DNA of 64,000 nucleotides, taken from the NCBI GenBank assembly GCA_964534395.1, contig CAZHOW010000015.1, positions 517 to 64,516 of the forward strand, in the 5' to 3' direction. The notes under the pieces are model-generated. The model did not search any database, had not been told where the DNA came from, and was given only the letters and a program-made list of their open reading frames with translations. The DNA is from an uncultured Lishizhenia sp. GTDB taxonomy: Bacteria > Bacteroidota > Bacteroidia > Flavobacteriales_D > Crocinitomicaceae. The position numbers were made by a program, and so were the translations under genes. Below are positions 1-9,930 of the stretch, one piece after another (position 1 is the stretch's first letter; every line of letters begins with the position of its first letter).

Positions 1-3000
1 ACGATAATCGCATTTGTTGGACAAGCATCTGAACAAGCCGTAGCAAATTCACCATCTTCAACTGTTCTTGCTTCCTTCTTGGCAACTAATTTTGTAGATT
101 GAATTCGTTGAACACACAAAGAACATTTTTCCATAACTCCACGAGTTCGAACAGTAACATCTGGATTTAAAACCATTCTACCAAGATCATCTTGAGCAGG
201 ATTTACTTCTACAAATTTCTTGTAGGATGGATAATTGAACCAGTTAAATCGACGAACTTTATATGGACAGTTATTAGCGCAATATCTTGTACCAATACAA
301 CGGTTGTATGTCATTTGGTTTAAGCCTTCATTACTGTGAGTGGTTGCAGCAACAGGACAAACTGTTTCACAAGGCGCATGATTACAATGATGACATAACA
401 TAGGCATATGCACCACTTTCGGATTTTCAGCTGCGTACTCTGCTTTATCGTATGAGAAATTTTCTTTATCTTTTTTTGTACCAATTGCTGCTTCTTCCTC
501 TGTAGAAAAATAGCGATCAATTCTAAGCCAATGCATTTCACGACCTCTTCTAACCTCGTCTTTTCCTACAACAGGTACATTATTTTCAGCTTGACAAGCT
601 ATTAAACAAGTTCCACAACCAATACAAGATGAAAGATCGATTGTCATTCCCCATCGGTGACCGATTTTCTCAACTGGATGCGCATCCCATAAATCAAACT
701 CTGAAACTGGACGCTCTTCGTGATGACCTTCTTTGTTTAACTTTTCTAATTTATGGGCAGGGTTGTAAGCTTCTTTGTCTCGATTTGCAAAAATATCTAA
801 CGTAGTTTCTCTAACAATCGAGTGACGACCCATAACCGTGTGATGTATCTGAGTCGCTGCAATTAAATATGTTCCATTAGCTTTGGCGATCTTAGCACTA
901 TTTGAGTATTCGTAGGTTCCATTAGCCGTTGAAGTAAATCCAAAAACATTTGCACCAATTGCCTTAGGTTTTCCATTTTCACCTAAATCATGACCACCAT
1001 ATTCTTTCGTTTGAAAGGCAGCTTTTCCAATTTTCTCTCCATTTGCTCCTCTTCCATATCCTAAAGCTATTCCAATAGTTCCAATCGCTTGTCCAGGCAT
1101 CGGATATACCGGTAAAGTAACTGACTTTCCGTTTACTGTTACAGTAGCCGTGTTTAATCCGTGCTCTTGATCATAAGTTGTAACATAACCATCTTTCTCC
1201 ATCGTAACAGGATTCATGGTAATGTAGTTATCCCAGGTAACTTTTGTTATCGGATCAGGCAACTCATGTAACCATGGATTATTGGCTTGTGAACCAATTC
1301 CTATTCCGGCTTTTTGATATAAAACAACTTCTAAACCATTACCTTTTGGTAAGTTCGAAACAGTGGCGTCTGCAAAAGTTAATGTCACTGTAGCTGTGGC
1401 AACATCCGAGCAACTATTGTGGGTAGTAAAGGCAAAATCTCCTCCAGGATTTGTTGCAACAAATGTGGAAGCAATATAATCGTAGGCCACTGCTGAATCT
1501 TTACCTCCTCGTTGAGCTTTACCATTCCAAACTAATAATGACTCGAGTGCTGAAGCAGTATTATGTAAAGGTCGAATTGTTGGCTGAGCAATCGAATAAT
1601 GATTTGCTTTAGCTAGATAGTCCATCCATCCTTCCAAAGCATGATGATCAGGACAAATAAATTTACATAAGGAAGCTGTTTCATCTTCATGAGAAGCAAA
1701 CGAAACAGTAGTTATTTTTGATAACGCTTTTCCAAATTCTTCACCATTTGGAAGCGTGTATACTGGATTTACGCCATAAAACAACAATACATCTGGTCCT
1801 TTACCAGAAAGAACATCTTTGACAAGTTTTTGAACTTTCGTATCATTGCCTTGGAATAAATTAATCGTATTAGATAAATCTATTGTATTTCCGTATGCTT
1901 TTAATAGGTTGTTCAATTTATTTGTTAAAATCTGAAGACCAACATTGTTCGATCCACAAACTACTAATGAATTTTTTCCTGACTTTTTCAATGCTTTAAC
2001 AGCTTCATCAGCAGCTAATTTTGAACCAACAGGAACAGAAGCGTTAACTTCAGGATTTCCACCTAGACCTTTGATTAGATAGGCAAGAATACCTGCAAGC
2101 TCTGAAGGTTTAGCCATTCCACGATAATCAGCATTTGAACCAGTCACAGTCATTACAGATTCAAATTGAAAATGTTTTGACATGTTTCCATCTGGATTTC
2201 TTGTTTGTCCGTATTGAACTGCAAACTCGGTCGGTAATAACCAAGAAGACAAGAAATCGGCATCAAGACTAACAATCGTTTTAGCTTTTGAAAAATCGTA
2301 TCCAGGTATTATAGCAGAACCAAAGTTTTTGAGGTTTGCCTCACGAATCGCACTGTAAGAAACTGCGTCATATTGAACGTGTTCGAATTTAGAGCCCCCT
2401 TCACCATTCAGCGCTGTCGCCATTTCAGCAATCGCTCTATTCATTGAAGGACTTATCACAGTATTCGATAACAAAGTCACCTTCTTAGCTGACTTAATCG
2501 CAGCTGAAATTTCTTTATCTACAGATGACCATGAGGCATCTTTTTTACTCGCTTTAGGGCCAGTTAGTCTTTCGCTATCATATAATCCTAAAACAGAAGC
2601 TACAATCTGAGGATTAGTTCCACCTTTAGTGAAACCAAATTCGTGATTACCTTTAATAAAAATAGGACGACCTTCTCTTGTTTTAACAAGAATACTTGCA
2701 TAAGAATTTCCATCGTAGTATGAAGAAGCATACCAAGTTGGCATTCCCGGCGTAACATTCTCTGGCTTTACTACATAAGGTACTGCCTTCGTAACAGGAG
2801 CTTCACACGCTGCTAACGTGGCCGCTGCAACGGAAAACCCTAAAAATTTCAAAAAATCCCTTCTTGCAGTTGAAGTCTCAGCCAAACTATCGTCAGCCAA
2901 AAACTGTTCAATTGTCTGTTGTGAAGGAAATTCTTGTTCTTTATGTTTGAGGAATTCAGGTGTTTCCTTTAATTCTTCAATTCCTTTCCAATATTTTCTA

Positions 3001-3011
3001 GTTAATCCCAT
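1..3011 (-). CDS. actB: Alternative complex III subunit ActB-like (Tat signal, molybdopterin-oxidoreductase-like domain plus NrfC-like 4Fe-4S domain); 3-prime end continues past the window start
   Basis: Missing from the supplied ORF track because it is open at the window edge. Hand translation of the minus strand from ATG at 3011-3009 gives MGLTRKYWKGIEELKETPEF...TSTARRDFLKFLGFSVAAATLAAC (twin-arginine signal). In the same frame (3011 minus 647 is a multiple of 3), roughly 650-60 reads MTIDLSSCIGCGTCLIACQAENN, CHHCNHAPCETVCP, CIGTRYCANNCPYKVRRFNW and CSLCVQRI (polyferredoxin Cys clusters). It lies directly downstream of the multihaem gene. Absence of internal stops was not checked codon by codon. 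Confidence 0.85.
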   Translation of the reverse strand, partial: MGLTRKYWKGIEELKETPEFLKHKEQEFPSQQTIEQFLADDSLAETSTARRDFLKFLGFSVAAATLAACEAPVTKAVPYVVKPENVTPGMPTWYASSYYDGNSYASILVKTREGRPIFIKGNHEFGFTKGGTNPQIVASVLGLYDSERLTGPKASKKDASWSSVDKEISAAIKSAKKVTLLSNTVISPSMNRAIAEMATALNGEGGSKFEHVQYDAVSYSAIREANLKNFGSAIIPGYDFSKAKTIVSLDADFLSSWLLPTEFAVQYGQTRNPDGNMSKHFQFESVMTVTGSNADYRGMAKPSELAGILAYLIKGLGGNPEVNASVPVGSKLAADEAVKALKKSGKNSLVVCGSNNVGLQILTNKLNNLLKAYGNTIDLSNTINLFQGNDTKVQKLVKDVLSGKGPDVLLFYGVNPVYTLPNGEEFGKALSKITTVSFASHEDETASLCKFICPDHHALEGWMDYLAKANHYSIAQPTIRPLHNTASALESLLVWNGKAQRGGKDSAVAYDYIASTFVATNPGGDFAFTTHNSCSDVATATVTLTFADATVSNLPKGNGLEVVLYQKAGIGIGSQANNPWLHELPDPITKVTWDNYITMNPVTMEKDGYVTTYDQEHGLNTATVTVNGKSVTLPVYPMPGQAIGTIGIALGYGRGANGEKIGKAAFQTKEYGGHDLGENGKPKAIGANVFGFTSTANGTYEYSNSAKIAKANGTYLIAATQIHHTVMGRHSIVRETTLDIFANRDKEAYNPAHKLEKLNKEGHHEERPVSEFDLWDAHPVEKIGHRWGMTIDLSSCIGCGTCLIACQAENNVPVVGKDEVRRGREMHWLRIDRYFSTEEEAAIGTKKDKENFSYDKAEYAAENPKVVHMPMLCHHCNHAPCETVCPVAATTHSNEGLNQMTYNRCIGTRYCANNCPYKVRRFNWFNYPSYKKFVEVNPAQDDLGRMVLNPDVTVRTRGVMEKCSLCVQRIQSTKLVAKKEARTVEDGEFATACSDACPTNAII

Positions 3012-3042
3012 AATCTATTTATTCGACAAGAACATTAAATTA

Positions 3043-4392
3043 TTAATAGTGACATTTAGCACATTCCCAACCACCAAGCTCACTGACAGAAACCTTTCCA
3101 TCTTTTAAATATTGACGGTAAAGTTTTTTGTCATTATTCATTAATCTCCTGTGGATTTCATCGTAGTAGGCATTCTTACCATTTCCTATCGAGACATCTT
3201 TTGCTCCATGACATTCGATACACCATCCCATTGTAAGAGTTGGTTTAGTCAATTTGATGTTACCCTCAATTTTATTCAACTCTTCAACTGACTGTACCTT
3301 AACCGTTTCGCTCATTTTTGTCATATCGCCATGGCATTGCTTGCAATCAATCCCACCAACAACAACGTGTTGAGAGTGATTGAAGTAAACGTGGTCTGGA
3401 AGAACATGAACTTTATTCCAAACAATAGGCTTAGTTTTTCCAGTGTATTTACCTGCCCCAGAGGACACATCCCATCCTGCAGCTGCATATATTTTCTTGA
3501 TTTCACCAGCAAAGGGCTTACCTTCTCCATTGATTTGCTTATGACAATTCATACAAACGTTTACGGTAGGGATTCCAGCTGATTTAGATTTTGTCACTGA
3601 ATTGTGGCAGTATTTACAGTCTATACCATTAACACCGGCATGTCGATCGTGAGGGAATGCAATTGGTTGAGACGGCTGATATTCTTCTACCACATTAATT
3701 CTGTATAAACCTTGGAACAATGTTACAATTATCGATAAAACAAGAACCAAAGATGCCAATCCAACATACAACCTATATTTCCACGCCCACGCTCTAAATT
3801 CTTCTGCATACGTTAATTTTTCCGGAGCATCTGAATTTTCAGCTGTAACAGCTTTAAGTTGTCTTCTAACTCCACCAACTGCTAGGATAATTACAATGAA
3901 CACAACAGCCATTATGATCCAAATCCAACTCAGCGAACCCTCCTCTTCGGATTCCTCCGTCATTTGACCTTCTGCAGACATTCCATCTCCACCTGGACCA
4001 CCCGTTGTAACAGTCTCTTTTTGTGAATCAACCCAATCAAAAATTGCATCAATTTCCTCCTTTTTTAAATCAGGGAAAGCAGACATGGCTGTAGGTGACC
4101 ATTTTGATACCTCCGCAGCATAGGGATCAGATGCCGCTGCAGTTTGCCAATTGTTAACCCAAGAGTATAATGAGCCTTCTTTGGCACCTCCCGAAGCCCA
4201 TTTCTCCCGTACCTGATAAAGTTTTGGTCCCGTACTATTTTTTAAAGGCTGGTGACATGTTGCACATTTTGATTTGAACAAGGCTTCTCCCTGAGCGGCT
4301 GCTTGAAACGAAAACAAAGAAATGGCAAAAAACAATAATAAACCAGATACCCTGCAGATTCGTTTAAGAGATTGAATATTAGATATTTTCAT
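3043..4392 (-). CDS. actA: Multihaem c-type cytochrome, ActA-like pentahaem module with an extra N-terminal monohaem cytochrome c domain and a two-helix membrane hairpin
   Basis: 449-aa ORF with six CxxCH motifs (CATCH, CKYCH, CMNCH, CKQCH, CIECH, CAKCH). N-terminal signal-like segment. Hydrophobic helices WIWIIMAVVFIVIILAVGGV and LYVGLASLVLVLSIIVTLF. Immediately upstream of the actB-like gene. Confidence 0.8.
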   Translation of the reverse strand: MKISNIQSLKRICRVSGLLLFFAISLFSFQAAAQGEALFKSKCATCHQPLKNSTGPKLYQVREKWASGGAKEGSLYSWVNNWQTAAASDPYAAEVSKWSPTAMSAFPDLKKEEIDAIFDWVDSQKETVTTGGPGGDGMSAEGQMTEESEEEGSLSWIWIIMAVVFIVIILAVGGVRRQLKAVTAENSDAPEKLTYAEEFRAWAWKYRLYVGLASLVLVLSIIVTLFQGLYRINVVEEYQPSQPIAFPHDRHAGVNGIDCKYCHNSVTKSKSAGIPTVNVCMNCHKQINGEGKPFAGEIKKIYAAAGWDVSSGAGKYTGKTKPIVWNKVHVLPDHVYFNHSQHVVVGGIDCKQCHGDMTKMSETVKVQSVEELNKIEGNIKLTKPTLTMGWCIECHGAKDVSIGNGKNAYYDEIHRRLMNNDKKLYRQYLKDGKVSVSELGGWECAKCHY

Positions 4393-4471
4393 GAAAATAA
4401 TTACTAAATTCTAATTAATTTTTTGCGAATTTTACGCATTTTAACGGCAACAAAATTAGAAGAATCAGTTA

Positions 4472-4489
4472 ATCAAATGACAATTTGAT
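4472..4489. promoter_or_regulatory. 7-4-7 perfect-arm palindrome ATCAAAT-GACA-ATTTGAT in the divergent actA / SPOR-gene promoter region
   Basis: Base-by-base pairing check: seven complementary positions on each arm with a 4-nt centre. Located 80-97 bp upstream of the actA ATG (4392) and about 107 bp upstream of the 4596 ATG. Confidence 0.25.
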
Positions 4490-4595
4490 GACAAAAATCG
4501 AGTAAAATACTTTAATTTAAAATCATTCTAAATAAGTAAAAAGGAAAACAATAATTTAACAAAGAATTTAAATTTGATCTCGTAAACGCACATCC

Positions 4596-4961
4596 ATGAA
4601 AAACTTCTTATTTGCATTGGTATTAATTATTTCAAAATCAATGTTTAGCCAAATTACGTTCAAACAAGATGATCGAATAGATCAATATTTGTATCAGAAA
4701 AAGTCGCGTTCATTGACGGGGTATCGTGTTCAAATTTGTTTTGACCCTGAAAAATCAAAGGTGGAAGAAGTAAGAAATCGTTTCATAAGTTCTTATCCTA
4801 AAATTGATACTTACATGAACTTTGAGGCTCCATACTTTAATTTAAAGGTGGGTGATTTCAGAACACAAATTGAAGCTCAAAATTTTGCAGAGAAACTACA
4901 AGGATTGTACACTATAAATATCGTTCACAAGGAACAAATCAATTTACCAAGAGTCGACTGA
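4596..4961 (+). CDS. SPOR-domain protein with signal peptide
   Basis: 121 aa. N-terminal hydrophobic signal. C-terminal GYRVQICFDPEKSKVEEVRNRF...YFNLKVGDFRTQIEAQNFAEKLQ matches the SPOR repeat pattern (YRVQ...A...vGdF...eA). Confidence 0.65.
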   Translation: MKNFLFALVLIISKSMFSQITFKQDDRIDQYLYQKKSRSLTGYRVQICFDPEKSKVEEVRNRFISSYPKIDTYMNFEAPYFNLKVGDFRTQIEAQNFAEKLQGLYTINIVHKEQINLPRVD

Positions 4962-4965
4962 CGAC

Positions 4966-6000
4966 TTAAAAATGTTTCCAGCCTTGCGCCTTTAAAGACA
5001 CAGCGGTTCCATTCTTATCAATCAATAAATTTCCTGAATCTTTAGAGGTAACGTGACCAATTACAGATAAATTGGGATTACTCTCAATCTTTTTATAATC
5101 ATCCTGTCGAATCGTGAATAGAAGCTCATAATCTTCTCCTCCGTTCAATGCACAAGTCATTGGATCCAAATTAAAATCCAAGGCAGTAACTGAAGTCTTT
5201 TCATCCAATGGAATTTTTTCTGAATAAATGCTAACCGAGCAATTACTTGCTTTGGAAATATGAAGTAATTCAGATGCCAAACCGTCTGAAATATCAATCA
5301 TAGAGGTTGGGATTACATCACTTTTTGCTAGTTCTCGAATGATATCAACACGAGCTTCCGGTTTTAATTGTCTACCAACTAAATAATCATAACCATCTAA
5401 TTTTGGTTGAATATTGGGATTTGCTTTAAATACCTCCTTCTCGCGCTCCAAGACTTGTAAGCCAAGATAAGAGGCTCCAAGATCACCGCTAACAACTATC
5501 AAATCATTTTCTTTAGCACCACTTCTATATGCAATCGATTTTTTATTTGCACGTCCAATAACTGTAATTGAAATGATTAAACCTGAAAGCGAAGAGGTTG
5601 TGTCACCTCCAACTAAATCGACCTGAAAATGCTCACATGCCGCATGAATTCCTTCATACAATTCTTCTAAAGCCTCGACTGGAAAACGACTTGAAACAGC
5701 TAAAGAAACTGTAATCTGCTCAGCTTTCCCATTCATTGCACAGATATCTGAAACATTGACCGAAACTGCTTTATACCCCAAAAACTTCAATGGCATATAC
5801 ATTAAATTGAAATGAATTCCTTCAATCAAAGTATCTGCAGAAACTAAAAGTGATTCTTCTTCATTTATTTTAATTACTGCTGCATCATCTCCAACACCGA
5901 GCAATGAGTTTTTGTTTTTTAATTGAAAATCCTCAGTTAACTTATCAATTAGTCCAAATTCACCTAATTCAGCCAGATCACGTAATTTTTTATCTTCCAT
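4966..6000 (-). CDS. thiL: Thiamine-monophosphate kinase
   Basis: 344 aa. GEFGLIDKL...LGVGDDAAVI...DTLIEGIHF and GGDTTSS motifs typical of ThiL / AIR-synthase-related proteins. Confidence 0.85.
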   Translation of the reverse strand: MEDKKLRDLAELGEFGLIDKLTEDFQLKNKNSLLGVGDDAAVIKINEEESLLVSADTLIEGIHFNLMYMPLKFLGYKAVSVNVSDICAMNGKAEQITVSLAVSSRFPVEALEELYEGIHAACEHFQVDLVGGDTTSSLSGLIISITVIGRANKKSIAYRSGAKENDLIVVSGDLGASYLGLQVLEREKEVFKANPNIQPKLDGYDYLVGRQLKPEARVDIIRELAKSDVIPTSMIDISDGLASELLHISKASNCSVSIYSEKIPLDEKTSVTALDFNLDPMTCALNGGEDYELLFTIRQDDYKKIESNPNLSVIGHVTSKDSGNLLIDKNGTAVSLKAQGWKHF

Positions 6001-6062
6001 AATTTAATTGATTCTCATTTTCTTTTGAATGACTGCAATATTACTGAAATTATTTTCTTAAC

Positions 6063-6416
6063 TCAAAGTGTTTTCACCATCCAAAAACTTGCGAATCCAA
6101 GCATAACTGAAACGCAAACATTCAATGATAATAATCCATAACTTCCCGATTGGAAAAGTTGGAAATTCTCATAGGAAAAAGTACTAAACGTACTGAACCC
6201 TCCGCAAATTCCAACTAAAACTAAAGGCTGAATCCACTCGTTTTTAGGGCTTTTTTGAATTGCCAATAAAGCGATTGCAAAAATCAAGCATGCTAAGAAA
6301 TTGGAAAGAAATGTGGCCCAAGGAAATGAAAGTCCTTTGAAAGGAATTAGTTTTCCAATTCCAAAACGCAATACGCTTCCGATTCCTCCTCCTACAAATA
6401 CAATTATCCAATTCAT
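6063..6416 (-). CDS. crcB: Fluoride ion channel CrcB/FluC
   Basis: 117 aa, four hydrophobic helices, GGGIGSVLRF and GICGGFSTFSTF motifs. ATG overlaps the stop of the upstream PAP2 gene. Confidence 0.9.
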   Translation of the reverse strand: MNWIIVFVGGGIGSVLRFGIGKLIPFKGLSFPWATFLSNFLACLIFAIALLAIQKSPKNEWIQPLVLVGICGGFSTFSTFSYENFQLFQSGSYGLLSLNVCVSVMLGFASFWMVKTL

Positions 6417-7000
6417 TTTTCCTCGAATTTAAATCGTAAATAAAGAAACTGATTTAAGCTCCACCCAATTAGTAATCCTAAAGTTGCACCTATCATAACA
6501 TCGGACGGATAATGAACTCCCAAATATACCCGACTTAAGGAAACAATTATTCCCATTACAATAGCTCCAACTTTTAACATTCTATATTTTTTGGAAAATA
6601 ATGGTAAAATAAATCCCAACATTCCGAAATAATTTGCCGCGTGCGAAGAGATAAATCCATAGGTTCCCCCTCGATAAAAATCTCCTGGTTTGATTTCGTA
6701 ATAATGTAGCAAGTTACTGATTTCTAAATTATGCGAAGGCCTATAGCGCTGAAAAACTTCTTTGAACAAATGAACGGATGATTGATCTGAAATTAAAACC
6801 GTTATGAAAACTCCCAAGCATATCAAGCCGAAATTTTTCCAATTATTCTCCTTTTTGATAAAGTAAAGTAAAATCAAATAAAATGGGATTAAACTAAGTT
6901 TCCCTGAAAAAAACCACATGACCTCATCCAAAAAAGGCGTATTTAATCCATTGATAAAAAGGAGAATAGCTCGATCTATGGATTCCAACCAATTAATCAT
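6413..7000 (-). CDS. PAP2-family lipid phosphatase (undecaprenyl-diphosphatase-like)
   Basis: 195-aa membrane protein with the three PAP2 motifs [16 protein letters not shown] and [13 protein letters not shown]. Confidence 0.85.
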   Translation of the reverse strand: MINWLESIDRAILLFINGLNTPFLDEVMWFFSGKLSLIPFYLILLYFIKKENNWKNFGLICLGVFITVLISDQSSVHLFKEVFQRYRPSHNLEISNLLHYYEIKPGDFYRGGTYGFISSHAANYFGMLGFILPLFSKKYRMLKVGAIVMGIIVSLSRVYLGVHYPSDVMIGATLGLLIGWSLNQFLYLRFKFEEK

Positions 7001-7985
7001 TATTGAGATGCTTCCAAATCAAATCTTTGAGTTCAATAAGTCCTTTTTGGGCGACAGCGGAAATAAATAAGAATGGTATTTTCGGTAAATCCTTTCGCAT
7101 TTCAGCAATTAATTCCTCATCCAACATATCAGATTTAGTAATCGCCAAAAGTCGTTCTTTGTGAAGCAACTCGGGATTGTATTGTTTCAATTCGTTCAAC
7201 AAAACATTGTATTCCTTTTTGATGTCATCCGAATCAGCCGGAATCATGAAAAGTAATAGTGAATTTCGTTCGATATGTCTTAGAAACCTCAAACCAAGTC
7301 CTTTCCCTGCATGAGCTCCCTCGATTATCCCTGGAATATCTGCCATGATAAACGAGCGATAATCTCGATAAGAAACAATTCCCAGATTCGGACGCAAAGT
7401 CGTAAACGGATAAGCTCCAATTTCAGGTTTTGCAGCTGAAAGTACAGAAAGCAAGGTGCTTTTACCTGCATTTGGAAATCCAACCAAACCAACATCAGCT
7501 AAAACTTTTAATTCGAGGACTTTCCATCCTTCTGCACCTGGTTCGCCTGGCTGCGCATAACGTGGCGTTTGATTCGTTGGAGATTTAAAGTGATTATTTC
7601 CATAACCTCCTTTACCTCCGCGCTGAATGATGAATTCCTCACCATCTTCAGTTATTTCGAATTCGGTTTCACCAGTTTCTGAATCTTTAGCTATGGTTCC
7701 CAATGGAACCTCTATATAAACATCTTCACCTTGCGAACCAGTTTTGAGATTTCCCGATCCATGTGCACCATGTCCGGCCTTGATGTGCTTTTGAAATTTG
7801 AGGTGAAGTAAAGTCCAAAGTTGTTTGTTACCTCGGATAATTACATGTCCACCACGTCCGCCATCGCCACCATCTGGGCCGCCTTTTGGAATATATTTCT
7901 CCCTGCGAAAGTGTGTAGAACCACCTCCCCCATTTCCGGATGTGCAATGAATTTTAACGTAGTCAACGAAATTATCAGAAGCCAT
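6993..7985 (-). CDS. obg: GTPase Obg/CgtA
   Basis: 330 aa. Glycine-rich Obg fold ([27 protein letters not shown]) followed by G-domain motifs [15 protein letters not shown] and TKSD. Confidence 0.95.
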   Translation of the reverse strand: MASDNFVDYVKIHCTSGNGGGGSTHFRREKYIPKGGPDGGDGGRGGHVIIRGNKQLWTLLHLKFQKHIKAGHGAHGSGNLKTGSQGEDVYIEVPLGTIAKDSETGETEFEITEDGEEFIIQRGGKGGYGNNHFKSPTNQTPRYAQPGEPGAEGWKVLELKVLADVGLVGFPNAGKSTLLSVLSAAKPEIGAYPFTTLRPNLGIVSYRDYRSFIMADIPGIIEGAHAGKGLGLRFLRHIERNSLLLFMIPADSDDIKKEYNVLLNELKQYNPELLHKERLLAITKSDMLDEELIAEMRKDLPKIPFLFISAVAQKGLIELKDLIWKHLNND

Positions 7986-7990
7986 AAAAT

Positions 7991-8566
7991 TTAAAGGTGC
8001 GGATCAATCGCCGAAAAAATCCGTTGGGTAATGTCATCAATGGATCCAATTCCATCAATAGCGACAAATTTATTTTGATTTTGATAAAACGATTTTACTG
8101 GTGCTGTTTCGTTGTTATAGACTGCGATACGATTAGCGATAACTTCGGGATTTGCATCATCTGCTCTTCCGCTAACTTCAGCGCGTTTCATAAGACGTGT
8201 TTTTAACTCATTTTCCTCAACTTCTAAAGCAACCATTAATGTTATTGAAGTATTCAATGAAGCTAAAAACTCATCCAACGCTTCTGCTTGTGCATTCGTT
8301 CTCGGAAACCCATCGAAAATGAATCCATTTGCATTTTCATGTTTCAAAACTTCAGAACGAAGCATTTCAATCGTCACTGAATCAGGCACCAACTGACCTT
8401 GATCCATGTAACTTTTTGCTAGTTTACCTAAGTCCGTTTCACCCTTGATATTGGATCGAAAAATATCACCTGTGGACAAATGCACCAAGTCATATTTTGC
8501 GATTAATCGTTCGGACTGCGTTCCTTTTCCTGCTCCCGGAGGACCAAATAAAACAATATTCAACAT
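7991..8566 (-). CDS. adk: Adenylate kinase
   Basis: 191 aa. P-loop [18 protein letters not shown], and a short LID without the zinc-finger Cys residues. Confidence 0.95.
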   Translation of the reverse strand: MLNIVLFGPPGAGKGTQSERLIAKYDLVHLSTGDIFRSNIKGETDLGKLAKSYMDQGQLVPDSVTIEMLRSEVLKHENANGFIFDGFPRTNAQAEALDEFLASLNTSITLMVALEVEENELKTRLMKRAEVSGRADDANPEVIANRIAVYNNETAPVKSFYQNQNKFVAIDGIGSIDDITQRIFSAIDPHL

Positions 8567-8567
8567 G

Positions 8568-9110
8568 TTACGCTTCTTTTAATTGATATAGTTCTTTCAA
8601 ATTTCTTCCTAATTCATTGTAATCCAAGCCATATCCGACAACAAATTTATTTGGGATTTCAAAACATATGTATTTTGGTTTGTGCTTTCCTTTAAATGCT
8701 TCTGGTTTGAAAAGAAGTGTGCACACTTCAACGGAAGCCGGATCGTTTGCTTTTATGAGCGACACCACTTTATCGATGGTAATTCCTGTATCTACAATGT
8801 CTTCGATCACAATCACATGGCGATTTTCCATTTGATTATTTAAGCCAATTAATTCATCAACTCGCCCTGTGGTTTGAGTGCCTTTGTAAGAACTAACTTT
8901 TACAAAGGTAATTTCAGCATCTCGTTTGATGGATTTAATAATGTCTGAGGCAAACATAAATGCACCATTCAGAATAGCAATAAGCAAAATATCTTTTCCT
9001 TGGTAATCCGACTCGAGCTGTTTAGCCATTTTCTTTACCTCAGCGAAAATTTCCTCTTCCGAAATGAAAAGTGAAAAATGCTTATCGTGAATTTGAACTT
9101 CTTTTGCCAT
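8568..9110 (-). CDS. hpt: Hypoxanthine phosphoribosyltransferase
   Basis: 180 aa. PRPP-binding motif VIVIEDIVDTGITI and C-terminal FVVGYGLDY. Confidence 0.9.
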   Translation of the reverse strand: MAKEVQIHDKHFSLFISEEEIFAEVKKMAKQLESDYQGKDILLIAILNGAFMFASDIIKSIKRDAEITFVKVSSYKGTQTTGRVDELIGLNNQMENRHVIVIEDIVDTGITIDKVVSLIKANDPASVEVCTLLFKPEAFKGKHKPKYICFEIPNKFVVGYGLDYNELGRNLKELYQLKEA

Positions 9111-9158
9111 TTAATGAGAATGCAAAATTACGATTTTATGTTGAACTTAAAAGACAAA

Positions 9159-9722
9159 TCAAAAAGACGTCCCAGTTCCATATAACAACCCAAGCGCATT
9201 GATGCCAAAACTATAACTTGCTCCAATATACATTACAAAATTTTCACCTCGTAATATTTTAAATCTTCCTGCGACTATTGGCGCAACACGCATACTATTT
9301 TTTGTGTCAAAAAGAAAACTTGCTAGCGGACCCACCTCAAATTCTATTTTGGATTTGTCGTCAATTTTTATTTGAAATGCTTTAATCATAGCACCAGTTC
9401 CTAAAGTCGGTGAAGCTTTTTCGTTAACCAGCTGTCCATTGACCAGAAATTGCTTTGATTCGGTGGCAATATTCAAAAATATTGGAATTCGAATGAGTTT
9501 ATCTGGTCGAAATTCAGTAGAAAATAAGATTGCGCTTGTAGGAATTACTATCGCCTCATTACTAATGATATTCGTTTGTTTTGAGTTCGAAATAAAAAGT
9601 AATGATTGCCCAAAACTAAGTTCAAAATTACGAAACTTGAATTTAGTAGAATCGCCTTTTTGAGCGATCAAACTCGAACTCAAAAACAGTGCAGTCAAAA
9701 GAAATAGAGATCTCATCTTCAT
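9159..9722 (-). CDS. Hypothetical outer-membrane beta-barrel-like protein
   Basis: 187 aa. Signal peptide MKMRSLFLLTALFLSSSLIAQ, alternating beta-strand-like pattern, C-terminal aromatic residue (..GTGTSF). Confidence 0.5.
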   Translation of the reverse strand: MKMRSLFLLTALFLSSSLIAQKGDSTKFKFRNFELSFGQSLLFISNSKQTNIISNEAIVIPTSAILFSTEFRPDKLIRIPIFLNIATESKQFLVNGQLVNEKASPTLGTGAMIKAFQIKIDDKSKIEFEVGPLASFLFDTKNSMRVAPIVAGRFKILRGENFVMYIGASYSFGINALGLLYGTGTSF

Positions 9723-9810
9723 TTATTTAGAAGACAAATAAAAGAAAAATTTCATTTACGCTTGATTACGAATTAAAAAGTCTCAAAAAATGAATTGTTA
9801 AAAATTTATC

Positions 9811-9830
9811 CCACAATCTACCACTTTTGA
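9811..9830 (-). promoter_or_regulatory. Pair of GTGG boxes at 10-bp spacing (minus-strand reading GTGGTAGATT GTGGGATAAA), candidate distal MraZ operator
   Basis: The plus strand shows CCACaatctaCCACttttga, with CCAC at 9811 and 9821. Same core and same 10-bp period as the proximal boxes but in inverted orientation. Confidence 0.35.
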
Positions 9831-9886
9831 ATAATTGCTTTATTTTATTGGTTTTTTTAAAATATTTCTAGTTCAAAAAGTAACAT

Positions 9887-9907
9887 TTACATCGTTACAT
9901 CGTTACA
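9887..9907. repeat. 8-bp tandem repeat TTACATCG x 2.6
   Basis: TTACATCG at 9887-9894 and 9895-9902, then TTACA at 9903-9907. Lies between the two GTGG box pairs upstream of mraZ. Confidence 0.9.
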
Positions 9908-9930
9908 AGTTATCAACAATTCAATATTAC

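Noticed and set aside
320-3108. Track ORFs 320..541 (-) and 2818..3108 (+)
   Set aside because: Both lie inside or across the long actB-like reading frame, which carries clear Tat-signal and Fe-S motifs. 320..541 is a +1-shifted GTG-initiated shadow of the MHWLRIDRYF region. 2818..3108 is antisense and spans the actA/actB junction.
6413-7000. Possible fluoride riboswitch upstream of crcB
   Set aside because: The crcB ATG overlaps the stop of the upstream PAP2 gene, so there is no non-coding leader to hold a riboswitch.
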